A DNA stretch of 63,352 nucleotides, counting the filler, from the NCBI RefSeq assembly GCF_002087085.1. It is 4 parts of 4 records of this genome, joined end to end, with 100 filler letters (N's around TTAATTAATTAA, not from the genome) between each part and the next. Parts side by side here need not be neighbours in the genome. Positions count along the whole stretch, not along the records: positions 25,666 to 47,853 come from NZ_MWQY01000032.1; positions 47,954 to 60,575 come from NZ_MWQY01000037.1; 2 more parts are not named here. One strand, written 5' to 3'. Of the stretch, positions 37,849 through 48,118 are shown one piece after another. The notes under the pieces are model-generated. The model worked only from the letters and a program-made list of their open reading frames with translations, had not been told where the DNA came from and searched no databases. The first letter of the stretch is position 1, and every line of letters begins with the position of its first letter. Made by a program: the position numbers and the translations under genes.

Positions 37849-38544
37849 ATGAAAAAAGTCTGTATAATCGGTGCCTCCGGTAAGCTCGGACGCTACATGG
37901 TCGCCCAGGCACTGGAGAGGGGATATGCTGTGACAGCGGTCTGCCGCCCGGAAAGTATGGAAAAACTGGCGGATTCCAAGGACACAATCCATATAATCGG
38001 CGGCAGAACCAACGATCGGGATATTATCCGCAGGGCCGTTGCAGGCTGCGACGGCGTTCTTTGCGTTCTCGTTCCCTGGGGAAGAGACACCTACTCATCC
38101 GGTACCGCCCAGGCCGTACTCGACAATGCCGATCCCAATGACAGGCTGGTGTTCTCCAGCGGCTGGCACATCTCCCGGGACGGCAGGGATATCTATTCAA
38201 AGAAATTCTTACGGATGCTCAGGTTTGTGAGCTGGATTACCCGTCTTTTGGGGCTGATCGATATACGGGATCAGGAAGAGGCCTGCCGTCGCATCTTTGC
38301 GAGCGACAGCCTGTGGACGCTGGTACGCGGCAGTGATCTCGAAGAGGGAGAAAGTGAAGGGCTCCCGGTCTGGAGCCGACATGTGGGAGACCCAATTCTG
38401 CAAAGTAATATTACCCGTCGCATCGATTTCGCCCTGTTCATGGTTGACGCCCTTACCAGGCCTGAACTGATACATGAGGCTCCGGCTATCGTCAGCCGCC
38501 TTTCCCCATCCGCCCTTGCCCATGGAAGAGAGGAGACTGCCTGA
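37849..38544 (+). CDS. NAD(P)H-binding flavin reductase-like (BVR-B-like) protein
   Basis: 'IIGASGKLG', 'WTLVR', 'TRRIDFALFM'; GGAGG RBS. Confidence 0.82.
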   Translation: MKKVCIIGASGKLGRYMVAQALERGYAVTAVCRPESMEKLADSKDTIHIIGGRTNDRDIIRRAVAGCDGVLCVLVPWGRDTYSSGTAQAVLDNADPNDRLVFSSGWHISRDGRDIYSKKFLRMLRFVSWITRLLGLIDIRDQEEACRRIFASDSLWTLVRGSDLEEGESEGLPVWSRHVGDPILQSNITRRIDFALFMVDALTRPELIHEAPAIVSRLSPSALAHGREETA

Positions 38545-38596
38545 CCGGCCTGTATTCGAGGATCTATCATTTGAAAAACATATAAGGAGTGAAATT

Positions 38597-39310
38597 GTGG
38601 AAAACACAGGTTCATTACGGCGCTACGGCATTATTGCAGGGGTAGGATACATTCTCTTGTTTGTGCTGGCAATCTTCGCCAATTTTGTAGTACGGGAGGG
38701 TTTGATTGTCGCCGCAGACGCGGCACAGACCGCCGTGAACATCCGCGGGTCGGAAGGTCTGTTCCGGACGGGCATTGTGAGTTTTATGCTGGTGTTTCTG
38801 ATCGATGTCCCGGTTGCCTGGGCTCTCTATGTGCTCTTCAGCCCGGTAAACCGGAATCTCTCCCTGCTTTCTGCCTGGTTCCGGATAGTTTATACCGTAT
38901 TCCTGGGGGTCGCCCTGATCTTCTTTTTCCAGGCCCTTCAATTGTACAGTAACGCTGAATTTCTTCGGGTCTTCACCGAGGAGCAGCTGAATGCCCAGGC
39001 TTTGACAGCCTTGAATCTGTTCAATTCGACCTGGCTCATCGGGCTTTTAGCCTTCGGAGTCCATCTGGTTATAGCTGGGGTACTGTTGATCAAATCCCGG
39101 TGGACCGTTCCCCTCCTCGGGTACATCGTCATGATCTCCGGGATCACCTATGTAATCGATACAGCAGCGCATTCGCTGCTTGCCAACTACGCCGACTACG
39201 CCATGGTGTTGCTGGTTATCGTCGCGGTTCCTTCCATACTGGCGGAAGGATGGTTCGGCCTCTGGCTGCTGATTAAGGGCGGAAAGAACATTCAGGCAAT
39301 GCCGGAGTAA
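38597..39310 (+). CDS. DUF4386-like membrane protein
   Basis: 'AGVGYI', 'DVPVAWALY', 'AWFRIVY', 'FGVHL', 'LWLLIKG'; AAGGAG RBS before GTG. Confidence 0.75.
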   Translation: MENTGSLRRYGIIAGVGYILLFVLAIFANFVVREGLIVAADAAQTAVNIRGSEGLFRTGIVSFMLVFLIDVPVAWALYVLFSPVNRNLSLLSAWFRIVYTVFLGVALIFFFQALQLYSNAEFLRVFTEEQLNAQALTALNLFNSTWLIGLLAFGVHLVIAGVLLIKSRWTVPLLGYIVMISGITYVIDTAAHSLLANYADYAMVLLVIVAVPSILAEGWFGLWLLIKGGKNIQAMPE

Positions 39311-40192
39311 TCAGTTCTTCATCCCCGTCATGACGATGCCCTCAACAAAGTAGCGCTGTCCGATAAGGTAAAAAACGATACCCGGGACAAAGGACATGCA
39401 GGTTGCCGCCATGAGCTTGGACCAGTCGGTTCCCAGGGAACCCTTGAACTGCTGAAGTCCCAGGGCAATGGTGTATTTTTCCAGGGAGTTGATATAGACC
39501 ATCTGCTGCATCAGGTCGTTCCAGAGCATGATGAACAGAAGAAGAGCAACCACAATCATGGCGGACTTGATGGCGGGGATTATGATGCTTACCAGGATGC
39601 ACAGGGGGCCTGCCCCGTCGATTGTGGCTGCCTCGTCCAGCTCCCGGGGAATGGTCTTGATGAACTGGCGGATGAGAAAAATATTGAAGGCGCCGCCACC
39701 GCAGAAGTGGGGAAAAATCAAGGGCAGGTAGGAATCCACGACCCGGAGTCCTCTGGTCCACATGATATACAGAGGAACCAGGGTTACCACCGTCGGCACC
39801 AGCATGGAACCGACACAGAGGGAAAAGAGCAGATTCTTCCCCCGGAAGCGCAGCCTGGCAAAGGCATAGCCCCCCATGGTGGCGGTAATCGTACCCCCGA
39901 TAACCGAAGGGAGAATAATCGTCATCGTATTCGCAAAGTACCTGAAGAAGGGAAAGTACTTCATGGTTTCCCTGTAGTTGCTGAACAGCCACCTGTCGGG
40001 GAAAAAATCCGGGGGATAGGCGTAGAGCTCCTTGTTGGTCATAAGGCTCGAGCGGAACATCCACCACACCGGAAGCAGTACAAGGGCACCCAGAATAATC
40101 AGGATGACGAGGGTTGCGGCATTCGCGGCTTTCTCCTGCCGCCTGCGGCTCCTGATACCTTTAGCGCTGAAACTTAATCCCTGAAACCCCAT
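39311..40192 (-). CDS. Carbohydrate ABC permease
   Basis: 'ELDEAATIDGA' EAA motif. Confidence 0.92.
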   Translation of the reverse strand: MGFQGLSFSAKGIRSRRRQEKAANAATLVILIILGALVLLPVWWMFRSSLMTNKELYAYPPDFFPDRWLFSNYRETMKYFPFFRYFANTMTIILPSVIGGTITATMGGYAFARLRFRGKNLLFSLCVGSMLVPTVVTLVPLYIMWTRGLRVVDSYLPLIFPHFCGGGAFNIFLIRQFIKTIPRELDEAATIDGAGPLCILVSIIIPAIKSAMIVVALLLFIMLWNDLMQQMVYINSLEKYTIALGLQQFKGSLGTDWSKLMAATCMSFVPGIVFYLIGQRYFVEGIVMTGMKN

Positions 40193-41115
40193 TAATGACT
40201 GTCTCCTTCGTAGAATATCCAGCTTTTACTGGTGGCGAACAGAATGATGGTAAAAACCGAAATCAGTGCGAAAAAGACAAAGGCAATTCCGCAGGCGTAC
40301 CCCAGCTGGTTGCTGATAAAGGCATAGCGGTACATAAGATAGGTCATAAAGGTAGATGAGTTTCCCGGACCCCCGTTGGTCAGGGCAAGGGCGGGAATAA
40401 CGACCTGCATGTTGGTAATCAGGGCCATCATCAGGTTGTAGAAGATAATCGGCGACATGCAGGGGACGGTTACATGACGAAAACGCTGCCAGCCGTTGGC
40501 TCCGTCTATCTCCGCCGCATCGTGATACACCTTGGGAACGTTCTGAAGTCCCGCGAGAAAAATTACTATAAGATTTCCGGAGAGCCACACTGCAATAAGC
40601 GCCAGGGACAGAACAACATACCTGGAGTCGGCGATAAACCTGATCTTCTCGATGCCGAGCCCGGTGAGGATATAATTGAAGAGCCCGAAGTTGGCTTCGT
40701 AGAGCCATGCCCAGCCCAGGAAAACCGCCATGGCCGGCAGAACATAGGGCAGGTAGAATACCGCGCGAAAGAAGCCTCTCGCCGGGACCCTCCGGTTCAA
40801 CAGCATGGCAATAAAGAGAGAGTAGATCATACTGCCGGTAACCGCCAGGAAGGAGAAATATATGGTAACCTTTATGGAATCCTTGAAGAAGGGATCCGCG
40901 GTAAAGAGCCGGATGTAGTTTTCCAGGTCGATAAAAACCGGATCCGGAGCTCCCTTCCCCCATTTGAAAAAACCCAGCACAAACATGCTCGCGAGGGGCA
41001 GGTAGGTAATAAAGACCAGACCGACAATCGATGGAGCCAGGCAGATCCAGGCCGCCCTCGATTCAGCCTTCAAAGTTTGGTTTGAAAATCCTGCACTCGT
41101 ACTCAGTAGACGCAT
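40192..41115 (-). CDS. Carbohydrate ABC permease
   Basis: 'YHDAAEIDGA' EAA motif. Confidence 0.92.
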   Translation of the reverse strand: MRLLSTSAGFSNQTLKAESRAAWICLAPSIVGLVFITYLPLASMFVLGFFKWGKGAPDPVFIDLENYIRLFTADPFFKDSIKVTIYFSFLAVTGSMIYSLFIAMLLNRRVPARGFFRAVFYLPYVLPAMAVFLGWAWLYEANFGLFNYILTGLGIEKIRFIADSRYVVLSLALIAVWLSGNLIVIFLAGLQNVPKVYHDAAEIDGANGWQRFRHVTVPCMSPIIFYNLMMALITNMQVVIPALALTNGGPGNSSTFMTYLMYRYAFISNQLGYACGIAFVFFALISVFTIILFATSKSWIFYEGDSH

Positions 41116-41242
41116 GTATTTATCCTCGGTATCACCCTAAACTCGAAGGGAAGCGCCCGGATTGAGCGAACGCTTCCCTATCACGTCAGGCCTGTGCCCG
41201 ATCATCACAACAAACCGGGCTTGCCGCTTATCTTTTAGAGAA

Positions 41243-42592
41243 TCAGCCGTCTCCCCTGAAGGCCGCGACCAGGCTCGTATATCCATCGTCAATGGCTTCT
41301 TCCGCCGTCTTTGCCCCAGTCCAGACATCTCCCAGCAGGGAACCCAGGAGGGTGTTGAAATCGACGGTGTTGTTTACATAATACCATGCCGTCGATCTGG
41401 AATATTCCCGTGCATAGTCGACAACCGCAGGCTTATACTCCTCGTAGGGAGGAAAGTTCGGGTTATCTATCCACTTTCGTATGAGATCTTCATCGGTGTA
41501 CCACTTTTCAAGAACCGGCATCCAGATACCCGCTTCAATCAGGGCCCAGCTGTTTTCTTCTCTGGAATACCATTTTACCCACTCCATGGCCTCTTCGGGA
41601 TTCTCGGACTGGCTGAAGACCACGTTCGGGCCGCCGGTACAGATTGTGACCTTCTCCTTCATGTAGGGCAGAACGGCTACACCATAATTGAGGCCCTCTT
41701 CCCGGGCAGAGGCAAGGCAGGTACCCACGTTCCACGCGCCGTTTGTTGTCATGGCGCAGGTTCCGGCGATAAGGGAACGCTGCACACCGTCATCGGTAAG
41801 CCCCGCAGAAAGAGGAGCAACGTTGTGAACCAGGTGAAGGTCCGCTATCTTCTGGATTGCCTCGACTGCAGCAGGGTTATTTATGTGAACCGAAGATCCG
41901 TCTTTACTGTAAAATCCGCTGCCGTTGCTGAGGCACCAGACCTCGAGCTGCCAGGTAAGATTCTCCACCATGCAGCCGTACTGTACGATGTTCATGGGAT
42001 CAAAAGCGGGGGATTTAGCGTTGTTGCCGTCTGCATCCAGGGTCAGGAGTTTAGCCGTATCCACAAACTCATCCCAGGTCCAGGCGTTCTCCGCATTCAC
42101 CGGGGGATACTCCACCCCCGCGGCATCGAACATATCCTTGTTGTAGTACAAAACGAGTATTTCATTCGCCGCGGAGTAGGCAACCGGTTTTCCTTCATAC
42201 TTGAAGGTTATGCTCTCCAGGGGTTTGGAGTCGCCGGATCCGTACATGCCGGAAACATCCGCAAGCAGTCCGTTCTCCGCAAACTGCAGTACCCCCGCTT
42301 CGTTCATGATACCGCAATCCGGCAGGGAACGGGCGGTGGCCAGGGTGTTGAGTTTGGTTACGTAGGTGTCGTGGGGAATGGACATGATTTCGACTTCAAT
42401 CCGGTCCTGGCCGGCATTGAACTTGTCGGCAACGCCCTGAACCGCCGCCCCCTCGTCAGGGGTTCCCCAGTAGGAATAGGTAATCGGGACCTTCCCGTCA
42501 GCCTGTTCCGCATCCTGTGAGCCGCCGGCCAACGCCAGGGGGACCATGATCAGACAGAACAGAAAAAGCGTAAACAGTCCTTTCTTCATCAT
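41243..42592 (-). CDS. Sugar ABC solute-binding protein
   Basis: Leader MMKKGLF...AGGSQ, 'LYYNKDMFDAAG', 'WTWDEF'. Confidence 0.9.
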   Translation of the reverse strand: MMKKGLFTLFLFCLIMVPLALAGGSQDAEQADGKVPITYSYWGTPDEGAAVQGVADKFNAGQDRIEVEIMSIPHDTYVTKLNTLATARSLPDCGIMNEAGVLQFAENGLLADVSGMYGSGDSKPLESITFKYEGKPVAYSAANEILVLYYNKDMFDAAGVEYPPVNAENAWTWDEFVDTAKLLTLDADGNNAKSPAFDPMNIVQYGCMVENLTWQLEVWCLSNGSGFYSKDGSSVHINNPAAVEAIQKIADLHLVHNVAPLSAGLTDDGVQRSLIAGTCAMTTNGAWNVGTCLASAREEGLNYGVAVLPYMKEKVTICTGGPNVVFSQSENPEEAMEWVKWYSREENSWALIEAGIWMPVLEKWYTDEDLIRKWIDNPNFPPYEEYKPAVVDYAREYSRSTAWYYVNNTVDFNTLLGSLLGDVWTGAKTAEEAIDDGYTSLVAAFRGDG

Positions 42593-42653
42593 CTTCTCGT
42601 ACCTTCCTTTCAAAATATTTTACACAACAACCGAAGGGTTGCGTATTTTTCTT

Positions 42654-44576
42654 TTACAGCCGCTGTTTCTGCCAGACCAGCATTTCCCCCGGGGCTCTGT
42701 TACACCACAGGCAATAGGGGACTGCCGTTATTGAAGTCTCTCCCAGGGTAAAGTTGGGGCTTCCGTACAGGGACCCCACCCCGCTTGAAAACCGGAAGCC
42801 CGGGTATTCGAGCTTCGGCATATCCCCGGGGAGACAGTCCAGACTCTCTCCCCGGCGGACCCCGGCATCAAGAGCCAGGATAAGAGCAGGCAGGTTATCT
42901 CCGTTATCCGCTTCTTCCAGGCAATAGACAAAAGGACCCAGCATAAGGGCGGTTTTCCCGGCATTCTCCCGTACACTGTCACTGGCGGCTACCCACCGGG
43001 GGGAGACATGCAGGTCGATCAGGATCTCTCCGGCGGCTACAAGGTCGATGCAGGCATAGGAGTTCCGGATTTCCGGTTCAAAAGCCGAACCGTCCACCTG
43101 GAATACAGGATGGTCAGCCCAGGAGGGAACACGAATACACAGGTTGACCGGCCCATCGCTGCTGATCCGAACAGTCCCCCGACGCACAATGTCCGCTTCC
43201 ATGCTGATTCGCACCGGCCCCTGTCTGCCCTGATGCTCAGCCCGGGAAGAGATAAACTGATGAATACAGAGGGCACCCTCATCCTCGGCATAGATATACT
43301 GTCCCAGGGAGGCCAGGGTCCGGGCCACGTTGGTGGGACAGCAGGCTACGCTAAACCATTGCTGGCGTACAGGTTTTACATGGGCCATGGAGGTATGGGG
43401 AAGGCAGATATCCGGCCAGACCTCCAGGGGATTGACGTAAAAGTAGCGGAGTCCGTCGGCACTGATCCCTGCAAGAACCGTGTTGCAGAGCGCTTTCTCC
43501 ACCGTATCGTAAAAAGAAGCGTCTTTGTTGAGGGCCGCCATCCTCTGCCCGAACATCATCAGCCCCACGGAGGCGCAGGTTTCGCAGTAGGCGCTGCCGT
43601 TGGGAAGATCATAATCCGTTGTAAAACGCTCCAGGAAACCAGATGAACCGATCCCGCCGGTAATGAACATCTTTTTTTCCGTAACGCTTTTCCACAGAGC
43701 CTGGGACGCTTCCGCGAGCTTCGCATCATCACACTCCCGGGCGAGGTCCGCCATGGCGGCGCACATGTAGATGGCCCGGACCGCATGACCTTCTATGCTT
43801 CGCTGCTCTACCGGCGGTATATGGGCCTGGGCGTATTTAAGATCAAAATCATCGAGTTCCGGAAAGATTCCCGTATTCTGGATCTGTTTCATCTCCTGGA
43901 TAAAATAGTTCGGTTCCCTGCCCCGTTGATGGATAAAATAACGGGCAGTCTCCAGATACCGAGGATCCTGTGTAACCCGATACAGCCGGATAAGAGCCAG
44001 CTCGATCTCCTGATGGCCGGGATAGCCGTGGAGCTGATTCTCCCCAGGTCCGAAGGTGGCTGCAATCAGATCGGCAAAACGGATCGCTGCGTTCAGGAGC
44101 TTTTTAGAACCCGTCGCGTTGAAATAGGCAACTGCAGCCTCGATCAGATAGCCCGCGCAGTAGAGTTCGTGGCCTTCCCGAAGGTTGGACCAGCGCTCCC
44201 GGGGTTTGACCAGGGTGTAATAGGTATTCAGATACCCGTCGGGCTGCTGAGCACGGGTAATCAGATCGATCGCCTGCTCCGCCAGAGGAACAAAAGCACT
44301 TCCCTTTCCGCTCTCTATACTGTAGGACACTGCTTCCAGCCACTTGTATACATCACTGTCCTGGAACACCGCACCGTAAAACTCTCCGTCCATCTCCCCT
44401 GCGGCGATGCGGAAATTGGCGAGGCAGTGGGAACGCTCGGTACCCTGGATCCGGTCGTTCAAGATATCCCACTGATACGGCAGGACCTTTTCTGCAATCA
44501 TATCGACGTAGTGTCTGAATAGAGGATCGGTGATCTCAACTCTGTTATGACCCAGCGGCCGGTATCCTTTCTGCAT
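42654..44576 (-). CDS. Glycoside hydrolase family 127 (beta-L-arabinofuranosidase, HypBA1-like)
   Basis: 'FQDSDVYKWLEA', 'HELYCAG', 'GHAVRA', 'YCETCAS', 'FYVNPL', 'ACCP' (Zn/Cys catalytic residues). Confidence 0.93.
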   Translation of the reverse strand: MQKGYRPLGHNRVEITDPLFRHYVDMIAEKVLPYQWDILNDRIQGTERSHCLANFRIAAGEMDGEFYGAVFQDSDVYKWLEAVSYSIESGKGSAFVPLAEQAIDLITRAQQPDGYLNTYYTLVKPRERWSNLREGHELYCAGYLIEAAVAYFNATGSKKLLNAAIRFADLIAATFGPGENQLHGYPGHQEIELALIRLYRVTQDPRYLETARYFIHQRGREPNYFIQEMKQIQNTGIFPELDDFDLKYAQAHIPPVEQRSIEGHAVRAIYMCAAMADLARECDDAKLAEASQALWKSVTEKKMFITGGIGSSGFLERFTTDYDLPNGSAYCETCASVGLMMFGQRMAALNKDASFYDTVEKALCNTVLAGISADGLRYFYVNPLEVWPDICLPHTSMAHVKPVRQQWFSVACCPTNVARTLASLGQYIYAEDEGALCIHQFISSRAEHQGRQGPVRISMEADIVRRGTVRISSDGPVNLCIRVPSWADHPVFQVDGSAFEPEIRNSYACIDLVAAGEILIDLHVSPRWVAASDSVRENAGKTALMLGPFVYCLEEADNGDNLPALILALDAGVRRGESLDCLPGDMPKLEYPGFRFSSGVGSLYGSPNFTLGETSITAVPYCLWCNRAPGEMLVWQKQRL

Positions 44577-44600
44577 CTACCTCAAACTCCTCAAGCTGAT

Positions 44601-44780
44601 GTTAAACGTTTAACTTTCTAAACCAAAACATACCGGAAAACAGTCATTCTGCTCCCCGGATGTTAAACGTTTACTTTCAATGATCATCATACACCTGCCT
44701 AATCCCTCTGTAAAGGAATAATTTTAAATTTTTACCGGTGATTTTAATCACTTTGTGGCTTTTGATGTTAAACGTTTATA
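44601..44780. promoter_or_regulatory. Three LacI-type operators
   Basis: GTTAAACGTTTAAC (44601-44614, perfect palindrome), GTTAAACGTTTAC (44662-44674) and GTTAAACGTTTATA (44767-44780), between GH127 and the divergent LacI gene. Confidence 0.85.
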
Positions 44781-44794
44781 TGATATAGTACAGC

Positions 44795-45823
44795 ATGGCA
44801 ACAATAAGAGAGATCGCCGACTGCGCGGAGGTTTCCATCGCCACTGTCTCCAAGGTGCTGAACGGTCTGCCCGGTGTGAGCCGTGAGACCCAGGATACAG
44901 TAATGGCGGCGGCAAAGCGGCTGAAATATCGACCCAATCTCAACGCCCGGAATCTGAAGATGGGCATGAGCCGTACCCTGGGAATCATTGCCGAGGACCT
45001 GACGGTATTCAACACCCCCGGTATAGTCGACGGTATCGGCGTCTGTTGCGAAACCCGGAACTATCACTACATTCTGGGTAACCTGCGCTTCAACAAACGT
45101 TTTCACCATGATCCGGGCTACGGTAAGGAGAAAACCGAACTGGTTATGGACATGATGGACGAGATGCTCTCCAAACAGGTGGACGGTATTCTCTACATCG
45201 GATGCCACAGCCACATTGTCGCGCCGGTCTCCGAACAGAAGGAGACCCGCTTTGTCTGTGCCTACTGTTTCAGCGAAGATCCGAACATCCCCGCCGTCAA
45301 CTACGATGACCGGGAAGCAGCACGGAAGGTCGCAGAACTTTTGATCAGCAAAGGACACCGCAAAATCGGAATCATCGCCGGCCCCAAGGACTCCTTGCAC
45401 ACAAACAAGCGCCTTTTGGGCTTCCAGGAGACTCTTTACGAAAAGGACATTCCCTACAATCCCCACCTGACCCGTTACGGCGACTGGGAACGGGACCAGG
45501 GATTCGCCAATGCCCCCTCCCTGCTGGCGGAAGGAGTCACCGCAATCTTTACCCAGAACGACCTTATGGCCCTGGGGGTAATAGACTACTGCAACCAGAA
45601 CGGAATAGAGGTGGGTAAGGACCTGGACCTCATCGGCTTTGACGACCGGGAAATCGCCTCGGTCTGCCGACCGAGCCTTTCGTCAGTCTCGCTGCCCCTT
45701 TTCGAGATAGGACACACCGCGGCGGACATCATGCTGGATATGATCGAGAAGGACAGAAAGCCCGAGAGTCACGAGATCCTCCTCGGCTGCAGTATTGTGG
45801 AACGGGAATCGACCTCTCCCTGA
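44795..45823 (+). CDS. LacI family transcriptional regulator
   Basis: 'TIREIADCAEVSIATVSKVLN', 'YRPNLNARNL', 'GFDD'. Confidence 0.95.
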   Translation: MATIREIADCAEVSIATVSKVLNGLPGVSRETQDTVMAAAKRLKYRPNLNARNLKMGMSRTLGIIAEDLTVFNTPGIVDGIGVCCETRNYHYILGNLRFNKRFHHDPGYGKEKTELVMDMMDEMLSKQVDGILYIGCHSHIVAPVSEQKETRFVCAYCFSEDPNIPAVNYDDREAARKVAELLISKGHRKIGIIAGPKDSLHTNKRLLGFQETLYEKDIPYNPHLTRYGDWERDQGFANAPSLLAEGVTAIFTQNDLMALGVIDYCNQNGIEVGKDLDLIGFDDREIASVCRPSLSSVSLPLFEIGHTAADIMLDMIEKDRKPESHEILLGCSIVERESTSP

Positions 45824-45862
45824 GTTGTTCCGCCGGATCATTTTAAGTATATTTGCCGGACC

Positions 45863-46660
45863 ATGAATACCCCTACCAAACTTGCCATCCTGGGATGCGG
45901 AAAGCTCTCGGGGATTGTCGTCCAGGCCCTCAACAGCGGACTCCTCCCGGAATACCGGCTCGTCGGCCTTTTATCACGATCCAGAAACAGCGCGGAAAAG
46001 ATGGTGCAGCAACTGCGCGGAGGAAACAGCGATTGCAGGGTCTGCGAAAATCAGGAGGAACTTTTTTCCCTCAACCCGGATTATATCATCGAGGCTGCAT
46101 CCCCCGCCGCAATGAAGAATATAGCCCTTCCGGCCCTCAGACGGGGAATATCGATCATAAGCCTCTCAATCGGAGCCCTGGCGGACAGAGTCTTTTATGA
46201 AGAAGTTCACAGAACCGCGGCGGAGAACAATGCAAAGGTGCATCTGGTCTCCGGTGCCATCGGAGGCTTCGATGTTCTGCGCACGGCTTCTCTGATGGGC
46301 CCCTGCAAGGCTTCCATTTCGACGGAAAAAGGTCCCGATTCCCTGAAGGGAACGGAGGTTTATTCTGATTCCCTGCACAAGGAAAGGCGCCGCGTCTTTT
46401 CCGGAAATGCGGTCCAGGCCATTGAACTCTTTCCCACCAAGGTAAACGTGGCAGTCGCCGCTTCCCTGGCCTCCGTGGGACCCGAAAACATTGAGGTTTC
46501 GGTTACCTCCACCCCGGAGTACCTGGGGGACGATCACCGTATAGAGATATCAAACAGCCAGGTGCGGACGGTAATCGACGTCTACAGCGAGACCGCGGAA
46601 ATCGCCGGATGGAGCATCGTCAACACTCTGCGCAACCTGGCCTCCCCCATCGTTTTTTAG
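45863..46660 (+). CDS. Aspartate dehydrogenase-like protein (NadX/DUF108)
   Basis: 'IIEAAS', 'SIGALAD', 'SGAIGGFD', 'FPTKVNVA', 'DDHRIEI'. Confidence 0.8.
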   Translation: MNTPTKLAILGCGKLSGIVVQALNSGLLPEYRLVGLLSRSRNSAEKMVQQLRGGNSDCRVCENQEELFSLNPDYIIEAASPAAMKNIALPALRRGISIISLSIGALADRVFYEEVHRTAAENNAKVHLVSGAIGGFDVLRTASLMGPCKASISTEKGPDSLKGTEVYSDSLHKERRRVFSGNAVQAIELFPTKVNVAVAASLASVGPENIEVSVTSTPEYLGDDHRIEISNSQVRTVIDVYSETAEIAGWSIVNTLRNLASPIVF

Positions 46661-47571
46661 GCATTTTTGTTCAGATAGTCCTGTATATTCGCCAGGACCT
46701 TTTCGCTCAGCCGGTCGAAAGCCTGCATGGTCCGTCCGGTGGAAACCTGTACGCAGAATACGTTGGGATGGTCCAGAAAGCGGGGATCTCCCAGGGCCCC
46801 CAGGGTATCGCAGTAACAGCGGTTGTCTCCGTCTATCCAGCGGGAAAAGGGTTCCTCGTCCCAGGCGGGGGAAAGCCCGGTATTGAACAGGATTTTTTTG
46901 TTTCCCAGGGCGGAAAACTCCTCCTCATGCAGAAGCACGGTGTTCCTGTTCAGGCAGGCAAAGAGCACCTCGTTTTCCGACAGCAGGTCCCGCAAGGGCA
47001 GAAAGCGGTAGCCCTTTTCTGCAGCAGCAGGTTTTTCACTGCGGGCAAAATAGGAGACCTCCGCGCCGAAAAAAGCCATGGCATCGGCGATCATGCCGCC
47101 GGATTTTCCAAGACCGATAATGCCCGCTTTAAGCCCGGTGATTTCCCGGGGCACTCCGCTCCAGGGTTTTGCAGGGCTGCCGTCCTTGTTTTTGCCGAAG
47201 CCGTGGAGGCAGCGGACCAGCTCGCTTACAACGTATTCCACAACCCCCTCGTCGCCGTAGTCCCGTATGCCGGTAACGGTTATACCCCGCTGACGGGCAT
47301 AGCGGATGTCAACGTTGGCGCTCTCCTCCGAGTAGAGGGAACAGCACATGCCAATGTAGCTGACCGCCGGACACTGCTCCAGGGCCGCGGCGTTCAGCCG
47401 GGAGGTGTAACTCAGAAGAACCGCGTCGGCATCCCCGATACGTCGCGCTATCTCGTTGTCATCGGTGGGGATATCGGGATACTGGATAATCTCTTGTGCG
47501 TATTTCTTCAGCTCCTCCTCGGCGGGGGGAGTCAGGCTTACAGGTTCGATTGCCACCAGTTTCTTGAACAT
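46657..47571 (-). CDS. D-isomer 2-hydroxyacid dehydrogenase-like NAD-binding protein
   Basis: 'ANVDI.YAR.RGI.V', 'GIIGLGKSG'; GGAGG RBS before MFKK. Confidence 0.8.
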   Translation of the reverse strand: MFKKLVAIEPVSLTPPAEEELKKYAQEIIQYPDIPTDDNEIARRIGDADAVLLSYTSRLNAAALEQCPAVSYIGMCCSLYSEESANVDIRYARQRGITVTGIRDYGDEGVVEYVVSELVRCLHGFGKNKDGSPAKPWSGVPREITGLKAGIIGLGKSGGMIADAMAFFGAEVSYFARSEKPAAAEKGYRFLPLRDLLSENEVLFACLNRNTVLLHEEEFSALGNKKILFNTGLSPAWDEEPFSRWIDGDNRCYCDTLGALGDPRFLDHPNVFCVQVSTGRTMQAFDRLSEKVLANIQDYLNKNA

Positions 47572-47586
47572 GGATACCTCCGTACT

Positions 47587-47750
47587 GCCCAACTCTACGT
47601 GTTTTTATCTATCCTGTCGACCAGGACAAGGAACCCCACTGAAGGTTCATGCATAGCACTTCGCCGATAGGCGATAGTGCAGCACGAGGCTTTTTGCGAA
47701 GCAAACCGAAGTGTACGTGCAGGGGGGTGGTGCGCCGATTGTTGTTGTGT
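47587..47750. repeat. Degenerate attC-like fold-back element
   Basis: Bounded by GCCCAAC and GTTGTGT, with nested inverted repeats CACTTCG...CGAAGTG, TCGCC-GATA-GGCGA and TTTGC-GAA-GCAAA. Confidence 0.4.
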
Positions 47751-47798
47751 ATGTGCTGGAACCAGACTTTTTATCATGGTAAAACTATATATTGTTTC

Positions 47799-47853
47799 GT
47801 AACCGTCAATTAAACCCCACCCCTGACAAGAAATCAGAGGGAAATATTCCAAG
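47799..47853. mobile_element. IS66-family terminal sequence at contig end
   Basis: Starts GTAACCGTCAATTAAACCCCACC (IS66 ends begin GTAA); identical 55 bp at 63298-63352. Confidence 0.75.
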
Positions 47854-47953
47854 NNNNNNNNNNNNNNNNNNNNNNNNNNNNNNNNNNNNNNNNNNNNTTA
47901 ATTAATTAANNNNNNNNNNNNNNNNNNNNNNNNNNNNNNNNNNNNNNNNNNNN
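47854..47953. other. Artificial contig spacer
   Basis: N-run + TTAATTAATTAA + N-run. Confidence 0.99.
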
Positions 47954-48051
47954 CCGAGCTCTATCATGAACGGGACGACACCCGTCTCCTTCATGAGCCA
48001 GGTATCCCGGAGGAGGCTTTTCTTTTCGCTTATTGTGTAATTAGTTTTCAT
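47954..48051 (-). CDS. 5' end of a gene truncated by the contig edge (MKTNYTISEKKSLLRDTWLMKETGVVPFMIEL...)
   Basis: ATG at 48051 with AAAGGG upstream, open to the contig end; not in the ORF track. Confidence 0.5.
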
Positions 48052-48118
48052 ATCATAATCCCTTTATTTTAATGATAATCATACCGTTGTAAGATTATCA
48101 TTGATTAAAAAATATCAT

